DNA of 64,000 nucleotides from Candidatus Thalassarchaeaceae archaeon (lineage in GTDB: Archaea > Thermoplasmatota > Poseidoniia > Poseidoniales > Thalassarchaeaceae), in NCBI GenBank assembly GCA_045568115.1, contig JBJLBO010000005.1, forward strand, positions 397,034 through 461,033. The letters are read 5' to 3'. Position 1 is the stretch's first letter. Every line of letters begins with the position of its first letter. Both the position numbers and the translations under genes were made by a program. Positions 31,079 through 40,124 of this stretch are shown here, piece after piece. The notes under the pieces are model-generated. The model saw only the letters and a list, made by a program, of their open reading frames with translations, had not been told where the DNA came from and did not search any database.

Positions 31079-31859
31079 GAACAAGTAGAGGAAATAAAGA
31101 AAATATAAGATTACTGAACATTGCGTCACGAGTAGCGTGTATATGATTGTCAAGTATTGCCTGAATCCTATTTTCTATCTCATCAGCTAAACCCTCAGCA
31201 GGGTACTTAGCGTATCCTAAGCCATAATCAATTAAATCAGCACCTTTGTCCAACAATATAGATCCTAAACTCTTGAGTTTGCTTGGTTTTTCTAGAGCCA
31301 TCTCCTCCCCATCTATTGAATGAGCAACATCTATTGATGACCATGGCCGAGGTATTCGAAAATCCTCAATATTACGAAGGAAATCTCGACCAGCAAGAAC
31401 TCTATCGATAGTCCTCTTGACCCTTTCCAAATTCCACCTAGCCATCTTCTTGACTGAACGGCGAGTTCGCATAACTCGTCTGAAGTCCCATAAAATCCAG
31501 AAAATCAAGGAGAAAATTAGTAGATTTTTGCCAATATTTGGAACATTATTCCATTCATCCCAACCTATTTCACCGATTCCTACTCGAGCAATTATCGCTA
31601 CTAAAGTCGGAAGTAATAAGGCTATTATTTCCTGTTTCAATAGAGTATCAAAACCACTTATTGGCAACTTTTGATGGTTTTCTTTTAACCATCGCCAATG
31701 ACGTGTGCGCTCTTCTTTTGGCGCCAAAACCGAGATGAAGTCCAATAGTGGCCTTCTCAATAACCAGAATCGGAGAATAAAGGGAATAAGTAAAGCGAAA
31801 AAGTACGCTTCCCAAGGTGAACTAGGTGGCCAACTCGGTAGCGAATAGGCATCCATCAT
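31050..31859 (-). CDS. Hypothetical membrane protein
   Basis: Several TM segments and a basic cytoplasmic region. Confidence 0.7.
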   Translation of the reverse strand: MMDAYSLPSWPPSSPWEAYFFALLIPFILRFWLLRRPLLDFISVLAPKEERTRHWRWLKENHQKLPISGFDTLLKQEIIALLLPTLVAIIARVGIGEIGWDEWNNVPNIGKNLLIFSLIFWILWDFRRVMRTRRSVKKMARWNLERVKRTIDRVLAGRDFLRNIEDFRIPRPWSSIDVAHSIDGEEMALEKPSKLKSLGSILLDKGADLIDYGLGYAKYPAEGLADEIENRIQAILDNHIHATRDAMFSNLIFSLFPLLVLKFLPSIVG

Positions 31860-31898
31860 GTGAGTTCGTAGATGTTACTAGCAATCAATCTCACTATG

Positions 31899-32384
31899 TC
31901 AACGATTACCAATAGAGAGATTTTCAGAGTGAGTCATTGCAGCACGGAGAAGGAAGAAAGCAATGATTACACCAATAGTAAAGGAAATTCCAATATATTG
32001 GTGAGAAGCAAACATCAACAAACCAATTCCAATTAGAGAAAGATAAGAAATAGTCTGACAAATCAAAGATAATCTCAGAAGCATCTGATATTCTGTTTGA
32101 TGAACCTTAGTCGATTCTTGTATATATGAATTGATAAGAAAGAAGATAGCCTGAAACGGAAGTGCGATGGAAATAATCGAAAGGCAAACAACAGTCAACA
32201 TATCTGGATCTGTTGGGTCTAGTTCCAATCCACGAAAGAGGAGATTACCTGAATTTAGACCTATTATTGCTGCGTGAATAGCCCAAGCCTTGTCTGAAGA
32301 TGAATCCTCAGAAGATCTCGAACTAGGGGTCATAGACACGTTCCGAGTCATTTCAGAATTGAAGGTTACCCTATAGTCAGACAA
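31899..32384 (-). CDS. Hypothetical membrane protein (about 4 TM)
   Basis: Hydrophobic helices; start uncertain (TTG or a later ATG). Confidence 0.65.
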   Translation of the reverse strand: MSDYRVTFNSEMTRNVSMTPSSRSSEDSSSDKAWAIHAAIIGLNSGNLLFRGLELDPTDPDMLTVVCLSIISIALPFQAIFFLINSYIQESTKVHQTEYQMLLRLSLICQTISYLSLIGIGLLMFASHQYIGISFTIGVIIAFFLLRAAMTHSENLSIGNR

Positions 32385-32396
32385 ACTATTTGCGTT

Positions 32397-33404
32397 TCAA
32401 GGTAGACGTGGGGTCATCCATCGCCTCCAAAGAGGAGGTATCAGGCATGGCCACCAGCAGGCGTAGTAGCCAGCGGGAAGTTCTGGAGCATTTGGGTGAG
32501 GTTGTAATTTCCAGAAGGGTGCGCTGGCTTGCATATGATGATGAGAATGACGTGTCAATTCAAGTAAAGACCAGCGTGACCAACGTGCCTCAGTATTCCA
32601 TGAATGCATCTCAGTTTGACGCTCATCAACGCCCCTTCTCAATCCCCAATGGCGAATATAGTTGACATATTCTAGAGTCAGAATTGCAATTAATGAAAGT
32701 ATAAACCAACCTACAAGTATTACCTTTCCATTAGGGAAGTAAAGAATCCCTATAACTGCAAGAATCTGCAACATGAATCCTTGATATGTGGGATTTTTAA
32801 TTCCTGTTCGGCCTTTGGAATTATGAACTCTAGCAGAAGATAAAAATTGTCCTGGAATAGTTCTGAACCAGAAGGTCCAGAGTCCTTCTTCCTTTCTCGC
32901 GCTAGCCGAATCAAGATTGGTAGCAACCCACTTATGGTGTACATGATTGTGTTCAGCAGTAAAGTGAGTATAATGGACACTAAAGAGAAGAACACGGGCT
33001 AAAAGCCAACCAGGACTTCTTGGTTTTTTGTGGCCTAATTCATGCGCCGTAACCATGGCGGATGCTCCCGATGATAGGCCTGATGAAAGTGCGGCTGCGA
33101 TTAACCAAAGACTGATTTCTGCTTCTTGGTTTGCGAAGTAGAAGAAAGTGGTGATTACAACAATTTGCAATATCCCATGAATCCATAACAAAACTATGAA
33201 GGGAGTTCCTGATTCTCTAGGGGGACGAGGTTTCTCGGTTTTTCCCATTAAGATATCTAGTATCGGACCAATTCCCCAGATGAAGATTACTCCCATTGCA
33301 GTGTAAACCCCACCAAGAAGATTTCCAGTGATTACTAGAATAGGACTAATCAGCCCAAGTAGATGAACCGGCCAAGGCTCAGGAGAAATTGCCTGCTCAC
33401 TCAT
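32397..33404 (-). CDS. alkB: Alkane 1-monooxygenase / membrane diiron desaturase-hydroxylase family
   Basis: His boxes HELGH, EHNHVHH, NYIRHWG, RHSHHH; terminal P.LPAGY. Start placed at MSEQA. Confidence 0.82.
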   Translation of the reverse strand: MSEQAISPEPWPVHLLGLISPILVITGNLLGGVYTAMGVIFIWGIGPILDILMGKTEKPRPPRESGTPFIVLLWIHGILQIVVITTFFYFANQEAEISLWLIAAALSSGLSSGASAMVTAHELGHKKPRSPGWLLARVLLFSVHYTHFTAEHNHVHHKWVATNLDSASARKEEGLWTFWFRTIPGQFLSSARVHNSKGRTGIKNPTYQGFMLQILAVIGILYFPNGKVILVGWFILSLIAILTLEYVNYIRHWGLRRGVDERQTEMHSWNTEARWSRWSLLELTRHSHHHMQASAPFWKLQPHPNAPELPAGYYACWWPCLIPPLWRRWMTPRLP

Positions 33405-33924
33405 ACAGGTTACCGTGTAGGGCTCTGACCTTAGCAATTTTCGGAGACACTACCATTCGGCAATAAGGATTTTCGGGATTTTTTGCGAAATAGTCATGAT
33501 GATAACTTTCGGCATCGAAGAAATTGATCAAAGGACTAACCTCAGTTACAATATCATCAACAAAATTTGGTTGTAGATATTTAATCACAGCTTCCGCTTC
33601 CAATTTTTGTTCTTCATTTGAATAGAATACACAACTACGATATTGTGAACCAATATCATTACCTTGACGATTCAATTGAGTGGGATCATGACAAGTGAAG
33701 AAAACTTCCAATAGAATTCGACGTGGAATAATTTCCGTATCAAAGGTGACACGGACCACCTCAGCATGACCAGTGTTACCCCTGCAGACCTGCTCATATG
33801 TTGGGTTCGAAATTTCTCCTCCGCTGTAGCCAGATAGTACTTCAGAAACTCCTCGAAGGTTTTTCATCGCACCTTCTACACACCAGAAGCAGCCACCACC
33901 GATAACAATCTGCTCCCTCATCAA
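33397..33924 (-). CDS. msrA: Peptide methionine sulfoxide reductase A
   Basis: GGGCFWCVE, GYSGG, PTYEQVC..TGHAEVV, QYRS, AESYHHDY. Confidence 0.96.
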   Translation of the reverse strand: MMREQIVIGGGCFWCVEGAMKNLRGVSEVLSGYSGGEISNPTYEQVCRGNTGHAEVVRVTFDTEIIPRRILLEVFFTCHDPTQLNRQGNDIGSQYRSCVFYSNEEQKLEAEAVIKYLQPNFVDDIVTEVSPLINFFDAESYHHDYFAKNPENPYCRMVVSPKIAKVRALHGNLYE

Positions 33925-34028
33925 TTAACCGAAATGAAGTTATTTTTTTTATTCTCCGGTTATTAGAAGATAAATCCTAATATTGCTAGCAACGTATCTT
34001 TCAAGACTAGCCCCTCTTTGGCAGTAAC

Positions 34029-34166
34029 GTGGATATTTCACCCCCATCGCTATCCCCGCCTTCGGATGATGATGAATGGCAACCCGGACTTTGGGAGTTT
34101 ATGGCGATAATTGGTATCGTTGCCGCCTACTGGTCGGGTTGGCTAGACGCATTGTGGCCATTCTGA
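34029..34166 (+). CDS. Uncalled 45-aa small membrane protein
   Basis: GTG-started frame MDISPPSLSPPSDDDEWQPGLWEFMAIIGIVAAYWSGWLDALWPF, read manually; fills the msrA-rps2 gap. Confidence 0.6.
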   Translation: MDISPPSLSPPSDDDEWQPGLWEFMAIIGIVAAYWSGWLDALWPF

Positions 34167-34176
34167 ATTCAAAGCT

Positions 34177-34791
34177 TCAGAAAGTTGATTCCCAATCTTC
34201 GACTTGCTGGGCTCTCTCCCAGTTTGCATAGTCTGTACTTCCACGTTGAGTAAGAATCTCACGAGAAAGCAGCCAGTAGATGAGTGCAAGTGAACGGCGG
34301 CCCTTGTTGTTAGCGGGTAAAGCCAAGTCTACATTGCGAAGTGTGTTGTTAGCATCGACAATGCCAACGATTGGAAGGCCAGTTGAGACAGCCTCCGACA
34401 GAGCCTGCGAATCAGCAGCGGGATCGGTGACGAAAAGGACCTCTGGCTCCATGTAAGTTCGGAGTTGAGGGTTTGTCAGAGTTCCTGGAATAAAACGGCC
34501 AACGATTCTCTTAGCGCCGATTGATTGTGCAAACTTGCGAGCAGGGCGCTGTCCGTACTGACGTGCGCTGACGATTAGAATACGTTCTGGGTCATATTGT
34601 GCGAGGAATTTAGCTACCTTACGGATACGCTCGTCAGTTAGATTAAGATTCAGGAGGTGAAGTCCAGAACCGTCTGCACGGTCTGTGTCGATGAATCTCT
34701 GCATATCTGAAGATTTCTGGTTAGTTCCGATGTGCACAGCATGTGTCTCATAGACATCATAAGGTACGAGGGGGGACTCTATCTCACTCAT
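34177..34791 (-). CDS. rps2: 30S ribosomal protein S2 (uS2)
   Basis: VHIGT, IVGRFIPGTLTNP, EPEVLFVTDP, LALPANNKGRRSLALIYWLL. Confidence 0.96.
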   Translation of the reverse strand: MSEIESPLVPYDVYETHAVHIGTNQKSSDMQRFIDTDRADGSGLHLLNLNLTDERIRKVAKFLAQYDPERILIVSARQYGQRPARKFAQSIGAKRIVGRFIPGTLTNPQLRTYMEPEVLFVTDPAADSQALSEAVSTGLPIVGIVDANNTLRNVDLALPANNKGRRSLALIYWLLSREILTQRGSTDYANWERAQQVEDWESTF

Positions 34792-34803
34792 TGGACTTCC
34801 TCA

Positions 34804-34859
34804 GCAGCGCGGCGACCTGCCCTTCCCTCATAAGCGCTGCGCTACGCCCCAAAGGGGCG
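34804..34859. promoter_or_regulatory. Two GC-rich inverted repeats upstream of rps2
   Basis: GCAGCGC/GCGCTGC (34804-34810, 34834-34840) and CGCCCC-AAA-GGGGCG (34845-34859). Confidence 0.4.
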
Positions 34860-34869
34860 CGAAGCACAG

Positions 34870-35544
34870 TTACAGTGCAGAAAGATCAGTACAATCGCCC
34901 TTATCATGCACTTCAGGGAAGTGAACACAGGGTTTGGTAATAGTTACTGACATATCGAAATGATCGTAAGCCGAGAATTGATCTATTGGTGCTGTGAAGC
35001 CGTAACCACGAGCATCTATCTCAACCAACCAGTTACCTTCTACTATGTTACTGAATTCAAAGCGCTCTAGAGGATAATCCTGAGTGGTCTTGACTTGCCA
35101 AAATGGATTTCCTCCACTCTCCTTAACACCCGGTTCCCAGAGAATCGCTTCTACAAATCTAAGTTCATCAGTTTCATTAGTTATTTCTCCTATCGAATCT
35201 GAATATGGGAAAAATGCTCGAAAAGTAATCGTAATCTTCGATACTGTTGCATCCAAGCTTATTTGGGTCTGATTATTATACTGAACACCATCTAAAGAAT
35301 TTGTCTCAAAAGTAACATCCCAAAGGAAAGATTCCTCCTTCATGATAGTAGTTGGTTCCTCTCTCAAATCTTCCATTATTTCACGCTGCATAACAAGACC
35401 AATACAGCCTGCACTTGATGTTGAAATGATGAGCATCAGAAGCATACCAAGGGCTGCCGATTGGGTCCTCATCATTTCTCGGGAAGAATAGCCTAACTTC
35501 AAGCGAACCCCTCTGAGGTTGCTATTGACAGTGATTTTTGGCAC
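34870..35544 (-). CDS. Hypothetical probable lipoprotein
   Basis: Hydrophobic signal ending SSAGC, then an acidic beta-rich domain; start uncertain. Confidence 0.7.
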   Translation of the reverse strand: MPKITVNSNLRGVRLKLGYSSREMMRTQSAALGMLLMLIISTSSAGCIGLVMQREIMEDLREEPTTIMKEESFLWDVTFETNSLDGVQYNNQTQISLDATVSKITITFRAFFPYSDSIGEITNETDELRFVEAILWEPGVKESGGNPFWQVKTTQDYPLERFEFSNIVEGNWLVEIDARGYGFTAPIDQFSAYDHFDMSVTITKPCVHFPEVHDKGDCTDLSAL

Positions 35545-35664
35545 ACTCTTGATTCAATCAGATTCTTGTGTAACGAACTCTTCGGTCATTTGCCTCGATG
35601 ACGACAAAAGGGTAAACTGAGCTGAAAGGCGTTGACGTGCCCTATGAGTACCGAGAGGCACTAA

Positions 35665-36360
35665 TCACTCTTCTTCTGAGGCAACTCGAGGTTCGTGAAC
35701 CTCACGGAATACTACAGTTCCAACCTCAAGATGTTCACGGAGTGAACGGACAAGAGAGAACTTAGCGTAGGCCCAGTTCTGATCATATGCAATTGAATCT
35801 GGTAAAGTGATAGTTACATCGTCACCATCAAACTCAACTTCAAAGTCTGAACGCCCTGTATTCATTTGTAGAAGAGTTGCAACACGCTCGGAGCGGTCTT
35901 CGACTACCTTGACAATCGTGTATGTGTAACGCAATTTTACTCCAGCTAGGGGGTGGTTGTAGTCGACACGCGCGCGACCTGCGCGGAGCATCTGAAGGAC
36001 ACCTTGACGACCACCAATTTCTACTGGAGCACCGATCCCAAGCATGTTAGGGTCGCGCACACTTCGCAGAAGCACATTCTGAGATATTGTCTCAACTAGT
36101 GAAGCATCACGCTCACCATAAGCATCAGTAGGCTCGATATCGAATGTGTATTCGGTTTCTGCCTCTGCATCAGCTAGATGTGCCTCAAAGCCACCAATCA
36201 GGCGACCATCTCCAATAACAGTAATCATCGGCTCGTAGGTTCTCTGCTCGTCAAACACTTCATGCTCCTTTGCGACTTCTTCTCGAGTAGTCTCGATAAT
36301 GTCACCGCTATCGGCATTGTATAGGTCGTAATCGATGTGAACAATAGCACCGTTATCCAT
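35665..36360 (-). CDS. Long-type FKBP peptidyl-prolyl isomerase (SlyD-like)
   Basis: VHIDY, DIIETT, IGDGRLIGGFE, PTDAYGERD, VDYNHPLAG. Confidence 0.93.
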   Translation of the reverse strand: MDNGAIVHIDYDLYNADSGDIIETTREEVAKEHEVFDEQRTYEPMITVIGDGRLIGGFEAHLADAEAETEYTFDIEPTDAYGERDASLVETISQNVLLRSVRDPNMLGIGAPVEIGGRQGVLQMLRAGRARVDYNHPLAGVKLRYTYTIVKVVEDRSERVATLLQMNTGRSDFEVEFDGDDVTITLPDSIAYDQNWAYAKFSLVRSLREHLEVGTVVFREVHEPRVASEEE

Positions 36361-36416
36361 GGTTAGGCCTCCTAAGAGCGACCCGCCGACCTATCTCCCC
36401 CTTTTGATTCAAACGG

Positions 36417-36433
36417 TTCCCCCCTTGGGGGAA
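36417..36433 (-). terminator. Short hairpin after ccmF, possible terminator
   Basis: TTCCCCC-CTT-GGGGGAA, 20 nt past the ccmF stop. Confidence 0.3.
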
Positions 36434-36452
36434 ATCTACGGTGAAATCAGCA

Positions 36453-38854
36453 TCAATCTTCTTCTTCTGAAGAGTTTCTTTGACTAGTTAGAAGAGTTGA
36501 AAATCCTCCTAACATAATGAATGCCCAACCTGCCCAAACAAGATGTGAACCCTTCAAATCGTGTACTGTAACCCTAATTTCTGTAATTTCATCAATATCT
36601 CCGGACATCATAGCACCAAGATTGACTGCTGCCTGATTTGAATCAAGAATGAATATCATATCACCACTAGGCCGCACCATTCGGTCTACTTCTGAGCGTT
36701 GTCGGTTGAAATCGAAACGGATTATTCCGGGAGTCACTTCATCCACTAATTCACCGTCGTCACGAATCTCAACGGTGAAACCTGCAAAACCTTCACCAAC
36801 ATTGTAAGGGTATTCGGAATCCTCTTCTTCAATTAATACCGTTTCAGTAAATGTCAATCCGTAGCCATTGAATTCAACTGGCACATCTTTCTCAAGTGTA
36901 ATCAGATGTTCTGGATCTGAACGGTCAACTAGAGTTGTGGTCATTACGTGACCCATGAGTAACAAAATGATTCCAAGATGAGCAAGATGGGAGCCGAATA
37001 GTCGCAATCTTGCTCCATTGGTTCTAGCTGTAATCCCATTCGCCTTGATTGCGGGGGCGATTCTCTTCAATGTCGAGTAGGTGGCTTGGATTGCAGGAGG
37101 CAGAGCAAAGAATAGCCAAGAAAGCAGGAACAAACTAAGTGCGCCCCTAGAAATATTGGAGGTCAGCATAAGATTAGGGTCACCTGGAATACTGAATTTA
37201 TCAGCATTGAAAGGCTAATACGACTAGAGACAGTTAACAAAGTTAGAATCATCAAAATATTGCCATTCCTGGAGTTTACTCTCTTTCCCCACGAATACAG
37301 AGTTAGAGCAAGAATTCCAATAGCAATTATTGGAGCGCCATAGAACTCGTGAGCAGCAAGGCTCGTTCCATCAATTTCAGCGGTTAGAAGAAGCCAAGTC
37401 AATCCAAGAAAGGCTGCTGCACCATACCAAGGAATTGTGCGTGCAATCTTCGTACGTACGCGAGTGTCAGAGAACATTGCCATTATGGAAATCTCTTCCT
37501 CATCAGAAGACAATAACCATGGGGTGAGGAAGAGAAGCATTCCGGCTACTGCTTGAATCAGAGTTGCCGTCCATGTCCAACTCGCAAATAGCATCAAGAA
37601 TACTCCGCCAAATACCCACTGGGCTGGAGGTTTTTCTGTGTTGCCACGAACTAGAAGAAGCATCAAAGAGAAACCGACTAGAGTTACTGAAGTTGATTCT
37701 ATCCAGATACCAATTGCAACAGATCCTGCGAGTAGTGCAGCTGCTAAAGTGAAATTATTCTCTAACATGGATGTTTGACCTGCTGAAACCATAGCCTGCC
37801 TCTGTTGATTAATCATCCACAATACAGCAGCAATTGAAAAAATTAGAATTAGAATCGTGTAACTAAGCACCTCGAGGCCTATTGCACCTTCGCCAAATAA
37901 TTCAAGGATACGGATGTAAGGGTCACTGGATGCCTGACCATCTTCATTGCCAACAAAAGAATGTACTGAAGCCCAAACTCCATTGGCACGAGTAACGAGA
38001 GTTGCATGAATTGCTAAAGCACCAGACAACATTCCAATAGCTGGAGATGCTGTGATTGCCCCAGAACTTCGGGAATCTGTTCGTGCGCGCGCATGCACAA
38101 TCATCAGCAAAGCGAGCCAAGGTAAGATGGATGCAGTCTCGACTGGATCCCAAGCCCAATATCCACCCCAGTCAAGAACAGTATAGGCCCAAAGACCCCC
38201 TAGTCCAATTCCAATGACGCCAACAAGGAAGCCTGCTCTAGCCCAGTGTAATTGGGCCTTGTGAACTGAGGCTGCATCGCGCCCTTCAATGAGTCCGGCT
38301 AGGGAGACACAAGCCACAGCAATGCAGAGGGAGTAAAATGAGAAAACGATTGGAGGGTGTATTACCATCAAATTTGTTTGAAGAAGTGGATGTAATATTC
38401 CAACGGCACCTGTAGATTCTGCAAATGGTTGGAGTAGCCAAGAAATTACGAGAACTACAGCAGTGGTAGAATGCATCAAACGAACTTGGAGTAAATTAGA
38501 TTCGGTATTATCAAACATGAACCAGCCAATGACTCCTAACAATGCAGCCCACAGAAGCAGAGGACCGGCCCTACCCCCCCAAACTGCAGAAATGCGGTAC
38601 AACAATGGAAGATCATCCCCCCCAAATCTAGATACTAAATCTAGACTATCTGCATCGACTATGAAAGCCCCAATTAACAGCATCAGAGGGAAAATTTGGG
38701 CAACAAATGTGACATGTCTAAACATTTTTTTGTCGACTGGAATTTTGTCAATAGACCACAATATACTGACTGCAATTGCAAGTCCTGTCAAAATATTTCC
38801 CAAAAGGGGGAGAATTGAATCACCATCCGTAATACTTTGCTCTTGAGTATCCAA
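36453..38854 (-). CDS. ccmF: Cytochrome c biogenesis protein CcmF, split by a frameshift near nt 37211
   Basis: LHPLLQ..MVIHPP, WWD motif LDWGGYWAWDPVETAS, SVHSF. The C-terminal periplasmic part lies in ORF 36453-37169. True start is probably just downstream of the GGR stop. Confidence 0.88.
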
Positions 38855-40076
38855 AGGAAAGCATGGCTGGAATTATCTTCTTTCCATAGAGGCTCGGCCT
38901 TCGCAAAAGTATTCTGAGACAAACTGCTAGTTTACCATGTGGCCCCATATTGCTCATCTCATCGGGAAAACATTGAGCCATCAATGACATGTCGTCATCT
39001 GATAATTCAAATAGCGCTGATTTGCCCTTGAGGATTTTTCCATAAGGAGGAAACTCGTCAGTCCAAAGTTTCTGGTATCTAGCCATTTTTTCAGCGCTGA
39101 GATTACCTTCTAAAATCTGCTTCGAAGCCACCTCAGCAGCAAAGACAGCCGACTTCAAAGCTAGATGTGAGCCACCCTCAAAAAGAGGTGACGTAAAGCC
39201 TGCAGCATCACCGACCAACATCAATCCATCATCATAGGTTAATTCGTAAGGTCCTGAGATTGGAATTGTGCCTCCAAAGGCGGGATTACCTTTCTCTTTC
39301 CACGGTGGAGGAATCTGTTGTAAATTCTTAAATTCTGTATCTTCAATGAATTCGTCGAGTGCCTTCTTAGCTCGACTTTTGTCTTCTGTAACCAAACCGA
39401 CATTCGCGCGGCCATCACACTTAGGAATCATCCAAAGGTATCCTTTTTCGGCATACTGCGGCCAGATGTAAAAGTCTAGATAATCATCAGTTGGAACCTC
39501 AAGCATTTCGTACTGCATTCCAGCAATGACCTTTCCTCGAGGGTTCAAATCGAGAATTCGAGAACAAGCGCTCGCAACACCTGAAGCATCAATAATAACC
39601 TTAGCTTGAATCGGGAATTGATCACCATTTCCTTCACATAACCAACCAGTAAAATGATCTCCATCATACTGCTTTTCCATACTACGCAATTTGTGAGAAA
39701 GGTGAACTTGTGCTCCTTCTGAAACTGCTTCATCAGCAATCCAACGCTCGAATAGATGCTTCTCAAGGACATATCCTTCTTCTGTCAATTTCTTAGCGGT
39801 TCCATCTGGAAATATGACTCTAATACCATGAACTCGCTTACTAATCACATGTGGAGGTAATTCGAGATTCAAATTATCACAGGCGATATCAGAGATACAC
39901 TCGCCACAATGAACAGGAGTTCCAATGGCTGGATGATCCTCAATTAGAATGACATCCAAACCCGCCCGAGCACTGTGTAGAGCAGCGTTTCCACCACCCG
40001 GTCCAGCCCCAACTACGAGCACATCACAAGACGTGATTCCCTCTGCCACGATACTGTGCGTCATTAAGTAGGACAT
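38820..40076 (-). CDS. Geranylgeranyl reductase family FAD-dependent oxidoreductase
   Basis: DVLVVGAGPGG, PVHCGE, YLWMIPK..ANVG, MLVGDAAG..PLFEGG. Confidence 0.88.
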   Translation of the reverse strand: MSYLMTHSIVAEGITSCDVLVVGAGPGGGNAALHSARAGLDVILIEDHPAIGTPVHCGECISDIACDNLNLELPPHVISKRVHGIRVIFPDGTAKKLTEEGYVLEKHLFERWIADEAVSEGAQVHLSHKLRSMEKQYDGDHFTGWLCEGNGDQFPIQAKVIIDASGVASACSRILDLNPRGKVIAGMQYEMLEVPTDDYLDFYIWPQYAEKGYLWMIPKCDGRANVGLVTEDKSRAKKALDEFIEDTEFKNLQQIPPPWKEKGNPAFGGTIPISGPYELTYDDGLMLVGDAAGFTSPLFEGGSHLALKSAVFAAEVASKQILEGNLSAEKMARYQKLWTDEFPPYGKILKGKSALFELSDDDMSLMAQCFPDEMSNMGPHGKLAVCLRILLRRPSLYGKKIIPAMLSFGYSRAKYYGW

Positions 40077-40124
40077 GAATCCGTCGCTCCGCTATCTACG
40101 ATAGCGTGGGGAATATATTGAACG

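Noticed and set aside
33990-34170. GC-rich stretch that first looked like a structured ncRNA (5S or SRP-like)
   Set aside because: No 5S or SRP signature motifs; a convincing 45-aa membrane-protein frame explains it better.
34792-34802. GAGGAAGTCC on the minus strand resembling the RNase P RNA 5' motif
   Set aside because: It is followed immediately by the rps2 ATG, with no room or 3' motif for an RNase P RNA.
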